Under the pieces are notes generated by a model. That model saw only the letters and a list, made by a program, of their open reading frames with translations. It was not told the DNA's origin and ran no database searches. Positions 39,631 to 51,830 of a stretch of 64,000 bases of DNA are shown one piece after another (within the stretch, counting starts at the first letter, position 1; each line of letters begins with the position of its first letter). The DNA lies in assembly GCF_002113885.1 (NCBI RefSeq), contig NW_018406814.1, forward strand, positions 352,987 through 416,986, given 5' to 3'. A program made the translations under genes and the position numbers. Source of the stretch: Mizuhopecten yessoensis. Its lineage: Eukaryota.

Positions 39631-40751
39631 TATGGACAATTATTTCTGTCCGTGACAAAAGGACAACGTGGTACCCATGGCCGTAGCCTTTTTAACAGTT
39701 TGTCCCATACAAATATACATAATAGTGTTTTTTATCGCTTCCTTGAAAAGGGGATAACACCAGATACAGTGTTATTCAAATGTTTCCTGTCAGACAGAAA
39801 TCGACCGAGGAATACATGCACATACGTAAGCCTATCTGTGGGTAATACCGTGTGTTCAATCAGCAGTTCAGCTATAAACAAGTCGTGTTGTATAGATAAC
39901 AGTATATAGCACTGGCATCCCCTGTATACAGTTGATAGATATCATGGTCTGACATTATTGGGATAAATAGAGTATTCCGGACTTTGTGTTGATCGTGCGT
40001 GAACATTTAAATAAATATACAATTTAGTAACGTTTCTTCTATTATACTTGTGGTTCCATCCTTTTCATTCTTGATATTTTCATCTATTTGCTTGCTGTTT
40101 TGTTGATCCCAGTTTTCTTCCGTTATTTTTTATATTTGCCGTTTATAACGTTTTTAAAAAAGGACCCTTTTGACCATGAAAACGACAATCTGAACTTTAA
40201 ACAAAATGTCTCCTTATCGAACGTGGATACGATATGACCACTTTAAGAGTCTGACATTTCGGTGTAGTGATGGGACCTTCTCACAGCAATTACAAAACAT
40301 CTCAATGGAACATCAGATTATGGACACGAGAAGAAAATATATCCCAAACCTCAGTTAAATCACAGAGCATGCCACTGAAAACTCGTCTGCCATACTTCTT
40401 GTAATTTGATACGGTTCCATTAAAGGTTAAAGCTTATTCATCTTACAGAAATAACTTGGGCATCCATACATCCAGGTCATTGGTCACCCTGAACTAACAA
40501 ATTTAATATTCTCACATCGTTCACTGAATTACCTCCCGTTTTACACGTTCAATACGTCTCTCCCATCCCCAATGGAATCAATGATGACTCGTGGATAATT
40601 ACAATACGCGGACGTCACAAATGCTGATAACGAAATTTTCAATTATACTATGGAGAGGATGAGAGAAAAAGGATCATCCCCTTCGTTGAGATTACGAGAC
40701 ATTTCAACTCTCAGGGTGATGTTCTTTAATGTCTCACCCAAGGGGCTTGGA

Positions 40752-41013
40752 GCAATCCTGGGATTAACAGAAAATAATCTCCCATCTCGGGTTGATATTT
40801 CACGGCCATACCCTCACGGTAGGGGGATATTGCATTAAGCAATCCTTGGATTAAACAGAAAATGATCTCCCATCTTGGGTTGAAATTTCACTGCCATACC
40901 CTCACGGTAGAGGGATATTGCATTAAGCAATCCTGGGATTAAACAGAAAATAATCTCCCATCTCGGGTTGATATTTCACTGCCATACCCTCACGGTAGGG
41001 GGATAGTGCATTA
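40752..41013. repeat. Three tandem copies of an 87-88-bp unit, at the end of a Crypton-like non-autonomous element
   Basis: Units start at 40752, 40839 and 40927 (gcaatcctgggatta...gatattgcattaa). A related sequence lies in reverse orientation at about 45340-45465. Confidence 0.8.
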
Positions 41014-42225
41014 GTTTCAATAAGAGTTCGTCAAAGTATTCGCTTTAAAGAAAAAAAAAGGTTATTGTGGCGAAAGTCAAGATTGTCGTAACCAACAACA
41101 AAGCATTTAACTCTTCAGCATAAGGATGGGTCGTTGTCTCGTTGGAGTATTTACCTCTCAATAACCATCATATGACGACTGTCGAACGTGTTTGGGTGGG
41201 CTATGGTACATATAAAGGTAAAAGGTAGAGGTTATTTATTCACATTATGCAAACATGTACCTGTGTAAATCAAAGTAGGTGTACTTAATTCCCAGAACTT
41301 AAAGATCTCCCTTTGGGATAATATAAATAAAAAACTACAAGCTGAAAACGTTTTTTCATGAATTGACAGTTAATGCATTTCTACATATAAATTATCAGAT
41401 GTTTTGTACCTAGCTCTAGAGGAGATCGTAGTTCAATGTCCAACTTATACCGAGACCCTCTAGCAGGCATCATACCAGGATATATTTCTCACAGCTTAAC
41501 ATTGTAGGTAAAATCTCTGTCACATTTTGTTTTCTTTTCTGTAGAATGTTAAGGTACACACAACATGTCACAAACTCATGTTTATTTGCTCCACAAGCTT
41601 GTTTAATCCACTGGTAATTTTGATACATATAGAAATGAGAAAAAGATTCACAATATTTCACCTTGTCGAGTTTTGATGTCATCACATATATTGGGTATCG
41701 AGGTATATACAGATGGGTACCTTTGATGTATCCGATACAGGTGCAAACAAATGTACAACATTTCTGTTTATTTTTTAATCTGTTACTGCAAACGTAGTCC
41801 TAGTCTATCTGCATCGTATGTTATGAATGCAGAACTCTGCTACCGTGACTTACCGCAGGTGATCGTGTGTACTGTAGCTAAAACGGATACATATAACAGT
41901 GTATCATACGCAGTTTTTCTCTCAATTTATTCAGGACCATTAATTAGGGTACCAGAACTGTCAACACTTGCTATGAAGTAAATAGCATAGTTCCTCCCAC
42001 TGACTACCTGAGTTCATGAAGGCAAGTAATTGTAATACAGTCATTGTCGAACAATCAAAATAAATCTCAAAAAATGTGTCACAACATTATTATGGAATTA
42101 GTTTCGACAGTTTTTTTTTATATGATCTACTGTCAATAACAAAGGTTGAAGAATTAAAGATCGCATTTGCGGGACCAATCCTGACTTTAAAAGAGTCCAG
42201 AGACGATCAAGGAAGGTAGTAACAG

Positions 42226-42560
42226 AGGAAGCAGGGTAGTCTAGCGGTAGGAAGCCAGGCTCGTGACCGAAGGGTTGCGGGTTCGAGTCACTGTACGGTA
42301 CTGTGTTGTATCGTTGAGCAAGATACTTTACTCCGATTGTTCCAGTCTATTCAACTGTAAATGAGTTCGTGATTGGGCAGTGATAGAATTGTTGAATGCT
42401 AGCTGTGAGCGCCGAAATGGCAGCACCGGCTGTATGCTCCCCAGGGAGTTGAGAAAGATGTTGGCTGTTTACACAGGCCCCTATAACCACGGATAATAAT
42501 TTGTGGACCGCTTTGAGACGACCTACGAACTAGGTTTTATAAGAACCTCGAATTATTATA
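42226..42560 (+). mobile_element. Near full-length tRNA-derived CORE-type SINE
   Basis: A-box ggtagtctagcggta, B-box gggttcgagtc, CORE-like gttgtatcgttgagcaagatacttta, body gctgtatgctccccagggagttgag, and (att)n tail. Confidence 0.75.
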
Positions 42561-42574
42561 TTTATTGTTTATTT

Positions 42575-43510
42575 AATTCGACCGAGACATCAAGATATGG
42601 TTGTGACTGTGTGATTTAACGGCAGGAGCAATGCACAGCGAAAACGAAGAGATGGGTAGCGGCTCATGAAGCAGAGAGGATGGAATTTGTGCCAGAGGAA
42701 ACCCGACAGAAAACCCAGGATATAAGGTACGTGGACTGGAGAACTCGGCAAAAAAGATGACATGGTCAGAGATCTGGAGGTATACATCCGACAGCTGTAG
42801 TTTAACCAATAACAACAAATTGATACAGGTGGGGGTTGGCGGATGACCAGAAAGCCTGAAGCATACGTTGTCTTCCTAGAGACACCCCAGGTGCTAAGCC
42901 AACTGGCGCAAACCTTCAAGAAAGAGAGCAAGGAACCAGAAGTACAGGAAAGTGTTAACATGCATTCCATTCTCTAAAGGACGAAAAGATAATAAAATAA
43001 TTAAAACTGACAGTATTCTTGGAAAGGCGAATGACCAAGAAATGAGAGTGGATCTTTGGAGGACGTAGAGGTTTCCCTGGGTATTAGACATTATGTCCTT
43101 ATAAGTGTTATTTGTAAACTCGTATGAAGAAGCCGATAATAGTGAGATTGACTATCTCTGGTTGATAAGGTGTTAGAAGAAGGGAAAATATGATGAAATA
43201 ACAACATTACGTGGAAGAAAATGGTGGCAGGCAACGAGTTTTCCAGTAGAATAGGCCTGTAGTGGAGTTCCGGTACAATCCTGCAGGAGAATGTTGGACC
43301 TTATAAATCGTGGAAACTAATCTAAAGGGAGCAAGAATAAAGACAGAGGACATCGCGATTGTAGCGGATGCGACGTAAGGAAAGTAGCTGAAAGTAAAGT
43401 CGAACAGTAGGGAACTGAATAACCTGCTGTCGAAAGGAGGATATGTGTTACATCTTTGGGTTGATACCCTCTGTGACGGATGGAACACTTCTAATAACAG
43501 CTGCAGTCAG
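42575..43510 (+). mobile_element. Decayed 3' part of an RLE-type non-LTR retrotransposon (Hero/NeSL-like)
   Basis: Frameshifted remnants in the expected order: RHQDMV..V...GR, KKMTWSEIWR, WGLADD, LKHTLSS, QVLSQLA, ILGKANDQEMRVDL...FP, KGKYDEI....WWQATSFPVE*ACSG. Confidence 0.65.
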
Positions 43511-44229
43511 GTATGTAACTATTTCAATAAAATATTTTTCACTTATTTTGTATAAAAACACCGCCAGTTTGCATTTTGATATTAAAAATCATAAAAGCAT
43601 AACTTTAGACGTCATTTTTAGTTACGTGACGTATCAAAATGTATGTAATGGTGTTATTAAATATATAACATATCTGTTCGATAGTGTTATAACTATGGCC
43701 ATGCATAACATTATGTGATAAACCCCCAAAAAAATGGAAAATGGAAGAAAGAGAGACGTGTGATAATTCTTTAATTCTTCCAAAAGTTTTCAAAGTTTGA
43801 CATTTGTTTTTTTTTTAAATTGAAAATCATCTGTTGAATATTGATGTTTCTGAATACACAGTGTTTCATGTAGGTTCCGAATTGTAAGCTGGTGTCCCCA
43901 AGGCTCGTTATGTGGGCCTATGTTTCAAAGAGAAACCGAAGATTTATCTCGTCTGTTCGTTAGCATAGGAATACTATATACAATGGTGATTAAATCTACA
44001 GATTTAAATATCATATTGCATTATACTACATACATATATCACCTTATACAATTGGTTTTTTTTAGGCCGACGTGTATTAAAAGATAACTAAACACTTAAT
44101 CAAGAGCAATGTCAACCCTGTGTTTAAATAAAACAATATGTGTTTTATACTACAACTATTTAATTTCACTGCTGCTTGTGTTATTTAATTTAACATACTT
44201 AAGTAATATACTTATTATATAATTGATAT

Positions 44230-44646
44230 TTATTTTAGATTTGAGCTCCATTATTTAAAAGATCATTACTTTTTTACAATATCATAATTACAGCTCTGTT
44301 TCTATTTATGACTTCATTGTCTTTTTTTAATTCGCACTGTGTATATCCTGTAAATTTTTACTCTTTGCTACATTAGCATATATGTACATTACACTAGTAT
44401 TGTGTCTTAACTTGTCTTTTGTAACACTTGTGTGATATTCAAGTGTGATATCATATGCTTTACTGTATAATTTTAGCATATCTAATTTGAATTGTTGTTC
44501 TGTTTTTATATTTATTCATAAGTACTGTGATCCTTGTTAAATTTTATAATTGTTTTGTCGCAAGAATAGCACTACAGTGCTAATGTTATTATGTTACATG
44601 TATATGCGACGTTAAATAAAGCTTCTTGAATCTTGAATCTTGAATG
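44230..44646 (+). mobile_element. LINE 3'UTR remnant
   Basis: T-rich tract ending in aataaa followed by a (ttgaatc)3 tail at about 44626-44646; the 5' boundary is uncertain. Confidence 0.45.
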
Positions 44647-45826
44647 CAATATTTATACAAGAGCTCGTATATGGTTTATAAGAAACATATACCACAGGTC
44701 GAAGGGACATTACTCGAACAGACATAGACCTACAACAATGTGCCGCGGGTATATATAATGGTATGCGTTAATATATAAAATATTTATCTATTGTTGATCG
44801 GTAAAAAAAAACTTAACCGTACTGACAATACCATTTGATGTAAAACCAATTTTCAGAATGTAATATTTACCATAACTTTAGTATGCATATTCAATACCTA
44901 CACTTATCCACAAGGACCTGGGAAAGTATTACAGCTATATTTGGACCTAAGTTTAGGTCAAAATATAGCTGTAATAAATGTTCAGGTCCCTGTGCACTTA
45001 TCNTGGGGGGCTGGGGGGGTCAACAGATCCGCTACCAACAGGCCTCCTTGAGGGAAATTATTATGATAATTGTTACTGAAATGAAATTTCAACCACCTCT
45101 GTCACCGCTAGAGTTTGATTCACCTGACACCCCTAGGATAAGATAAATAGCACGAAAGAGGAAACCTAGGGTAAGATAAATAGCACGAAAGAGGAAAAAT
45201 TACGATTGTGTCAGGTGAACAATGAAATGTATCGTAACAACATACTTTAATGAGAGATTTCATATGCAAATCACATTAAAAAACCCACAGATAGCTTATA
45301 TCAAATGCTGGAAATCAATGTTTTCAAGGATGGGAGAAACATTATCGGCTCCTTTGATGGGAGTATGACAGGAAAATCTCAACCCGAGGGGTGACATTCT
45401 TGACTGTTTAACCCTCGGCCTGAAGCAAGCCTATGCTAAAGGTTCTCAGGAATATCTCCCCACGGGTCATTGTATTGTATTGTATTGTTTATTCACTTTC
45501 AGCCTTACGGCCCATAAGCATTACAGCATAATACAGAGTAATTAATGTGTACATGTACAATAAGGGTGTCGAAAACATTACACAAATATTGAATAACATG
45601 TAACATAACCTACATTGTACAAGACAAGCTGATTTGATAGATGGCGGACAGTTGTACGCACATGAGAATACAAATGACAAAAGAAAAATATTAATGAGAT
45701 GATTAATTGAAGTAATGTACATGATTGAAAGATTGGAAGAATCTCAATCAAATGAAGTAAGAAGTAATCAGTTTTTATCTGGAGATAAAAAGAAAAAGCA
45801 TGCACATGATAATTAAACAATGCACA

Positions 45827-48800
45827 TTATGTCGAGCGTAATAGTAAACTTGATTGTAAATATTTACCTAAATGACAAAGTTCTTTCCTATTACGAACTG
45901 CTAGCAACTGTACAAGTTTATAGGACGACGGACGGTTCCAATAATATTTTTTGATAATTTTTTTACGTAAAGTTGCGTATAGAGGACAAATTAAAATGAA
46001 ATGAAATTCATCTTCTATTTGATTTTGGTTACAATGTAGACAAATTCTATGGGCCCTTGGGGTATTACAATATCTGCCTTCTTCTATGCGTAAACGATGG
46101 GATGACATTCGAAACTTGGAAATAAGCCTAAGATAAACGACAGGAATTGATTTTGTTAAATAATATTGTAAGGTAAACGAGTCAAGCAAGAATTTGTACA
46201 GATAACATTTAGAAGAGTTTTCCACAAACTCGTTCATTGATTGAAGAAAGTTGTCAGTGAGACGTTGTTTGAAATTATGTAAAAATACTTTTTCGTTAAC
46301 AACATTTTGATTTAACCAAACATCACCAAAACCTGTAGACATTAGTAAGTTTTTAACTTGGCACCGCCAGTTACAGCTATTATGATTACAAACAATCATG
46401 TCGTCATACAATGACTTTAGAATACAATTATTAGTCTTGGTTAATTTTAACCAATATTTAATTATTCTTAGTTTCCAGGTAATTTGCAGAGGTAAACGAC
46501 CAAGTTCAGAGTATAACATAAACGTAGGGGTATTCTTTTTAACATACAAGATTCTTTTTAAAAAGTCAATGTGTAATTTTTCTATCTGATCAGCCAAGCT
46601 AAAACCCCACACTTCACAGCTGTAATTAAGGACAGGCGATACGTAGACATCAAACACATTAAGTTTTGATTCAACATTTAAAGCTAAGTTATTGCATATT
46701 TTCAAAATCTTATACATACATTTACGTCCTTGTTCAGCTATATTAAGTTGAGTTTTAGTAAACTTACCATTAAAGTATAGCGTGACACCAAGATAATTAA
46801 AACTATCAACAATTTCTATTACATTATTTTCAAAATAGAATTTGTCATTTGAACTAACTCTACCACCATTTCGGAATACAACGATTTTTGTTTTCTCTAT
46901 GTTGACAGATAATTGCCATTTATCACTATATAGTTTCAAAGTATCTAACATCTTCTGTAACCCAGAAGCTGACTCTGAGAAAAGAACAGTATCATCAGCA
47001 TACATCAACAAAAACAGAGAAATATCTCTTAGAAAAAGTGCATCACATGATGTATTAATAAATTCATTCTCCAAATCGTTTACATACAAAGAGTAAAGGA
47101 AGGGAGATAACCCCTCACCCTGCATCAAGCCTTGCGTGCATGCAAAAAAATCAGATAGTTCAGATTTGTATCTAACACATGACCTTAACCCTTCATAAAG
47201 GGACTTCAAAATATTCAAAAATTTACCTCTTATACCACTTTTACACAGCTTCAAAAACAACTTATTTCTATTCACACTATCAAACGCCTTGCGATAGTCA
47301 ACAAAACTGCAGTAGAGCTTGCGTCTTTTAGCAAGCACTTTTTTTATTATTCCATACAAGACAAATATGGCGTCGTTGGTGCCATGACCAGGTTTAAAGC
47401 CGAATTGGGCATCAGTGATAATATCAAATTGCTCCGACCATTTTAGTAATCTATTGTTTAAAACACTTGTAAATAATTTGGACAAGCAACTAACCAACGT
47501 TATTCCTCTATAATTGTTCGTATCGTTGGGGTCGCCTTTTTTGAATAATGGAAAAATTATACCTTTCGACCAACTTGATGGGAATTCCCCTTTATCGAGA
47601 ATAGCATTGAATAATTTTGAAAGAACTGGAATAAAAACTTCTTTAAATTTAACGAAAAATTCATTCAACATGTTATCGTTACCAGGTGATTTGCCCAGCT
47701 TGGCGTTAGTTAAAACATTCTTTATTTCATCTTGTAGAATGGGACTATCCAATTCGTCATAAATAGGTACATTAGCGTCTGCAGATACGTTATCAAAGAT
47801 CTCGTCATCAACAATACCGCCGCATACAGTTTTAAAGTGTTCAAAAAAGTCTGAAAGATCCAGATCACTGAGACAACAACTAGATTTGCTCTTGAAATAG
47901 TTATAAAATAATTTTGGATTTTTCCTGCGCAACATACTTATACGGTCCCCTTCCGAACGGAGGTACCTACGTTTGGCTAGTCTTACATAACGTTTATAAC
48001 TACGTTTTGACTCAACAAGTGATAGTCTATTATTTGGAGATCTATCTGTATTGAAGGAGGCAAGGTTACGTCTATAAGTATTATATAGTCGTCTACACTT
48101 ATCGTCAAACCAGGGCTTATGAAGATGACGTTTCTTTTTAAAACCGGAACGCGGAACGAACAGAGTCTTAGAACACGGACTGAATATATCACATAACACG
48201 GCTGCAAAATCATCGATTCCGTGGTCTATTGAGACAATAGAAGACTGGATATCATTAACAAGTTGATTTAATAATGTAATGTTGTTAACCAAATTAATAC
48301 TCATCTGTTGTTCTTCGTCAGCATTCCATCTGTACACACAAGACTTGATAAAACTATTCTCACTACTATCAATAATAACATTTTTAGTGGGATCATCAAT
48401 CATACAACTGGTTGTTACACGTAAATTGAAATCGATGGGTGCATGATCAGACCATTCATTAAAATCGCGCACCTTAAACTCGGTGATCAAATCAAACGAA
48501 TTTTTATCTATAAGAACATAGTCAATTACACTTGAACCCAAATGATTAAAAAAAGTGAGTTTACCAGTGATATCACTAGGTTTTCTACCATTACAAACTC
48601 GCAGCCCAGTACTTCTACATAATTGTAAAAGTTTGCGGCCGAACGTATTCACAGTGTGATCGGCAGATACTCGGATAGGCATGACAGTATCGACATCATA
48701 GTCAAGTACACCAGATAGAAAATGAATAGCTGGAGCACGTGCATTATCAGACTCGATGTAATCGAACGCATTACCTATTCTACTATTAAGGTCGCCAGCA

Positions 48801-49264
48801 ACGATGACGGTACCCAGTTGTGAATAATGAGAGATGCCATTAACTATGGTATCAAAAATATCAGTTTCATACAAGGTATAGTAAACATTGTTATCATGCG
48901 GAATGTACGAAAAACAAATAGATATATCTGGGTGTACAGACTGCTTAATTTTAACCCACATAAGCGTATCTGCTACATAAGAAACAATAGATGCATTGAT
49001 ACCATCTCTATATAACAGCACAAGGCCTCCACCTTTGCCCCTTTCACGGGGGAATGTAAAAAAGCTAAACTCATCCTGAAAATTACTGAAGTCTAAATCG
49101 CTATTTTTATCTATCCAGCATTCCGATAAAAATATTATATCGGAGCTCGACAAAATATCTACAAAACCTTGATCAGTTAGTTTATTTTGAAGGCCTCGAT
49201 TCACGTTCCATGAACTTATCTTAATAGAGCCTACTTTTAAGGATACATCACTGTCCTGTCTGTC
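45827..49264 (-). CDS. LINE ORF2: AP endonuclease, reverse transcriptase and C-terminal Cys/His motif
   Basis: EN motifs SWNV, LSECW, GDLNSR, SVIDYVL, SDHAPI. RT motifs KSPGND, NYRGITL, QFGFK, FVDYRKAFDSV, GLMQGEGLSPFL, LMYADD, YLGV. C-terminal SSHRLRIEEGRY..C..C....EDEFHFILICP. The frame is open from 49264; the ORF track starts at GTG 49204. Confidence 0.95.
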   Translation of the reverse strand, partial: DRQDSDVSLKVGSIKISSWNVNRGLQNKLTDQGFVDILSSSDIIFLSECWIDKNSDLDFSNFQDEFSFFTFPRERGKGGGLVLLYRDGINASIVSYVADTLMWVKIKQSVHPDISICFSYIPHDNNVYYTLYETDIFDTIVNGISHYSQLGTVIVAGDLNSRIGNAFDYIESDNARAPAIHFLSGVLDYDVDTVMPIRVSADHTVNTFGRKLLQLCRSTGLRVCNGRKPSDITGKLTFFNHLGSSVIDYVLIDKNSFDLITEFKVRDFNEWSDHAPIDFNLRVTTSCMIDDPTKNVIIDSSENSFIKSCVYRWNADEEQQMSINLVNNITLLNQLVNDIQSSIVSIDHGIDDFAAVLCDIFSPCSKTLFVPRSGFKKKRHLHKPWFDDKCRRLYNTYRRNLASFNTDRSPNNRLSLVESKRSYKRYVRLAKRRYLRSEGDRISMLRRKNPKLFYNYFKSKSSCCLSDLDLSDFFEHFKTVCGGIVDDEIFDNVSADANVPIYDELDSPILQDEIKNVLTNAKLGKSPGNDNMLNEFFVKFKEVFIPVLSKLFNAILDKGEFPSSWSKGIIFPLFKKGDPNDTNNYRGITLVSCLSKLFTSVLNNRLLKWSEQFDIITDAQFGFKPGHGTNDAIFVLYGIIKKVLAKRRKLYCSFVDYRKAFDSVNRNKLFLKLCKSGIRGKFLNILKSLYEGLRSCVRYKSELSDFFACTQGLMQGEGLSPFLYSLYVNDLENEFINTSCDALFLRDISLFLLMYADDTVLFSESASGLQKMLDTLKLYSDKWQLSVNIEKTKIVVFRNGGRVSSNDKFYFENNVIEIVDSFNYLGVTLYFNGKFTKTQLNIAEQGRKCMYKILKICNNLALNVESKLNVFDVYVSPVLNYSCEVWGFSLADQIEKLHIDFLKRILYVKKNTPTFMLYSELGRLPLQITWKLRIIKYWLKLTKTNNCILKSLYDDMIVCNHNSCNWRCQVKNLLMSTGFGDVWLNQNVVNEKVFLHNFKQRLTDNFLQSMNEFVENSSKCYLYKFLLDSFTLQYYLTKSIPVVYLRLISKFRMSSHRLRIEEGRYCNTPRAHRICLHCNQNQIEDEFHFILICPLYATLRKKIIKKYYWNRPSSYKLVQLLAVRNRKELCHLGKYLQSSLLLRST

Positions 49265-50377
49265 CTAGTGACCATCATGGCGGGAACTCGCCGTTGAATG
49301 AGGGTTTCCGGTGCGCGAGTTGTGGCCGCGCGCACCGTTAGGTGATGTAGCGGACGTGTTTACCCGAGTCACAGCACTGTACGAAGGAACACTATTGCCT
49401 GAATTGGTGTCAACAGAGGTTGGCGATCGTCGCTCCTTCACCGAGCTTTGTTTGATAATCGGACCATCATACAGCCTCCCATCCACAATAAGCTTGTCCC
49501 GCACTAACCGCACATTTTTGCCTTTGCCCCGCAGGTCTCTGACTGTTGGACCAAGTTCCCTGCGACGCTGCTGGATTTCCGTAGGAAATTGTTCATTTAT
49601 GTAAAAAGTTGAACCCTTCAGCCTACGCGCACATCGCAATACCCCTTCACGCTCCTTGTTGTATATGAAGCGTGCTACGATAGGTCTACTCTTCCCACCA
49701 ACGATTCTACCAAAACGATGGACATTTCCAAATTCTATGTACTGTTCTATACCAAGTTCCACCGCAATAAATTCTCTCAATAAAGCTTCTGGATTTTCCT
49801 CTGGATTTTCGGCAAGACCACTAAAAACCAAATTGTTTTTCATTGATCTGCACTTTAGATCAGTTAAGCTATCTTTCAGTCCTTTATTTTCCTTTGTAAT
49901 GCTGCCCAGGTTACAGTTTAACTTAGCAATCGCACTCTTGCACTCGTTGATAACACCTGTTTGTCTCACCTGCTCTCTAGACACAGTACGCACTGAATTC
50001 TGAGTATCCACATTTCTTTTCTCGAAATCATCTATTTTCTCCGAGACAAATTTCACCGATCTTTCGAGTTCACTAGGTTTCTTTTCGCTGGCCGTCATTC
50101 TCGATTCCATTCTGTCTATCTTCCTTTCGATCATCTCAAGCCTTTCCAGTTTTTTCATGATAATTTCAAATTTTTTATACATGTCACTTTGGAATTGGGT
50201 GTGTCCTTGACTGGGATATGTAGCCATAGGGGTAGATGTTACCGTATCTGTACCATATAGAGTTCCATTGGCTTCCCCTATTGCCGTACTGACGGACAGA
50301 TTACCGGACGTATCAATGTCACTGACAGACTCAGTTTTCCTTTTTTTCCCTTTTTGTTTACCCATCACACTGGTCAT
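49265..50377 (-). CDS. LINE ORF1: coiled coil plus L1-ORF1p-like RRM/CTD
   Basis: Heptad region then RSMKNNLVFSGL, VHRFG, RPIVARF, INEQFP, RDKLIVDG. Likely start ATG 50377 or 50365; the track ORF extends to 50512 into flanking DNA. Confidence 0.88.
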   Translation of the reverse strand: MTSVMGKQKGKKRKTESVSDIDTSGNLSVSTAIGEANGTLYGTDTVTSTPMATYPSQGHTQFQSDMYKKFEIIMKKLERLEMIERKIDRMESRMTASEKKPSELERSVKFVSEKIDDFEKRNVDTQNSVRTVSREQVRQTGVINECKSAIAKLNCNLGSITKENKGLKDSLTDLKCRSMKNNLVFSGLAENPEENPEALLREFIAVELGIEQYIEFGNVHRFGRIVGGKSRPIVARFIYNKEREGVLRCARRLKGSTFYINEQFPTEIQQRRRELGPTVRDLRGKGKNVRLVRDKLIVDGRLYDGPIIKQSSVKERRSPTSVDTNSGNSVPSYSAVTRVNTSATSPNGARGHNSRTGNPHSTASSRHDGH

Positions 50378-51494
50378 ATCCTCGCGGTAGCCGCAGATTA
50401 TATATATATTAGTCATTAAAGGGATGACCACTCTGTTGATTCCCAGTAAAACTAAATAGGTTGATTGCAAGACACATCTAAGGATTTGAACAAACTTCTC
50501 TCCCATCATCAAATCGGTTCCCTTTTAACAATTTAAAAAAAAAGTTCGGTGGTTATTTTGGCTGTTTATTTAATCGTAGATAATGAACCTATATTTAACA
50601 CACATTACCGGAACTAATGAAAAGAACAACGAAATAATTAAAACCTATGAAATTATTCTTAAAATATTTTGAGTGTGTCATTGTATATCGAATAAATATA
50701 TTATCTCGAACACAGTGATCAAACACCTTTGATTTGGGTCTAATGTCTGAAATACTCGGTCCATAAGTACCTACATACATGTAGTATATGTAAACGCCAA
50801 CTCCCTGTGAGCCCTACCTCGTAAGTACATACCTGTTTCTGAAAATGTATATACGGATTAAAATATTTGTATCATTATTACAATATTAATCAGGATTAAT
50901 TATTTCATTTCAATACTGGTGAACATTTAGCGCACAGCCTACATTACGCGCGAGTATTACACTGATATGTACGGGTTTTGGCTATGACGTTTCAACCCTG
51001 TCAGACAATGTGGATGAAGATTTGTGTTATTGACTAAGGTGAGTGACAACTCCTACATAACTAAACATGTACGTTTGAACTGTTGTCAGAATTGCATTTG
51101 ATTGTATTTTATGACCTGCATAATTAAAAAGAAAATATATTTCAAACAACAGTATTAAAGCCGACATTTTAAATGTTGACCGTAGCACGCTATTGAAGAA
51201 CACACTACCAAAATGACATAGATCTGCTTTTGACAAAGAAGAAAATAAGTAAGCAGTTTCCACTTATGTCAGCGCCATGCTAAATTGCATGTGTAGTTAT
51301 AAGCCATTGAGTTAGTTTTATCTGGAATTTAAGCTATTTGATTTATGTTAATACCTATTTTCCTCGAATTGAATGATAGACATTACATAAAAAACTTGAT
51401 TACACGATGAAATTAAATTATCCTTGAATAAGAGGTAGTGACATTGTCACTTCACTTATATAGAAATAAATTGATTATAACAACGCCCGTGTCA

Positions 51495-51830
51495 TTACGT
51501 GGGTGTTGTGGTATCTGTGCTGTAGCATTCAAGTGAGGTGGCACTAGACATGATACCGTTGGAAGCACGATCCCACTACAAACAGAACACAATACATCTC
51601 CAGCACACACACAGGCGTACACACATAGGCAGATATTAGCCAGGTGGCATTGGACTAGTAGTTAGCGCCTGATAAGACAGCTCCTGCGAATTCCTCAATA
51701 TCGTATTGATTAATATATATATGCTAATTGTATTGCCTGTATACAATTGTATATCTATGTACTGTAAAGCGTTTTAGAGTTGCTTATGATAGCTAGATAG
51801 GGCGCTATATCAAATGTTGTATATTTATTT
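51495..51830 (+). mobile_element. 5'-truncated SINE (Meta-like body, L2-type tail)
   Basis: ttcaagtgaggtggcacta body motif; tail tgtaaagcgttttagag...gggcgctatatcaaat...atttattt. Confidence 0.5.

Larger units (their letters stand above)
45470..50411 (-). mobile_element. Apparently intact APE-type LINE (RTEX-like), about 4.9 kb
   Basis: ORF1 and ORF2 both open; 3'UTR with AATAAA (45493-45488) and (TACAA)n tail; candidate TSD gtcatt at 45466-45471 and 50412-50417. Confidence 0.9.

Noticed and set aside
42573-43488. Minus-strand ORFs of 65-126 aa
   Set aside because: Antisense to the decayed plus-strand RLE retrotransposon.
46398-50003. Short plus-strand ORFs within the LINE
   Set aside because: Antisense shadows of ORF1 and ORF2 with no motifs.
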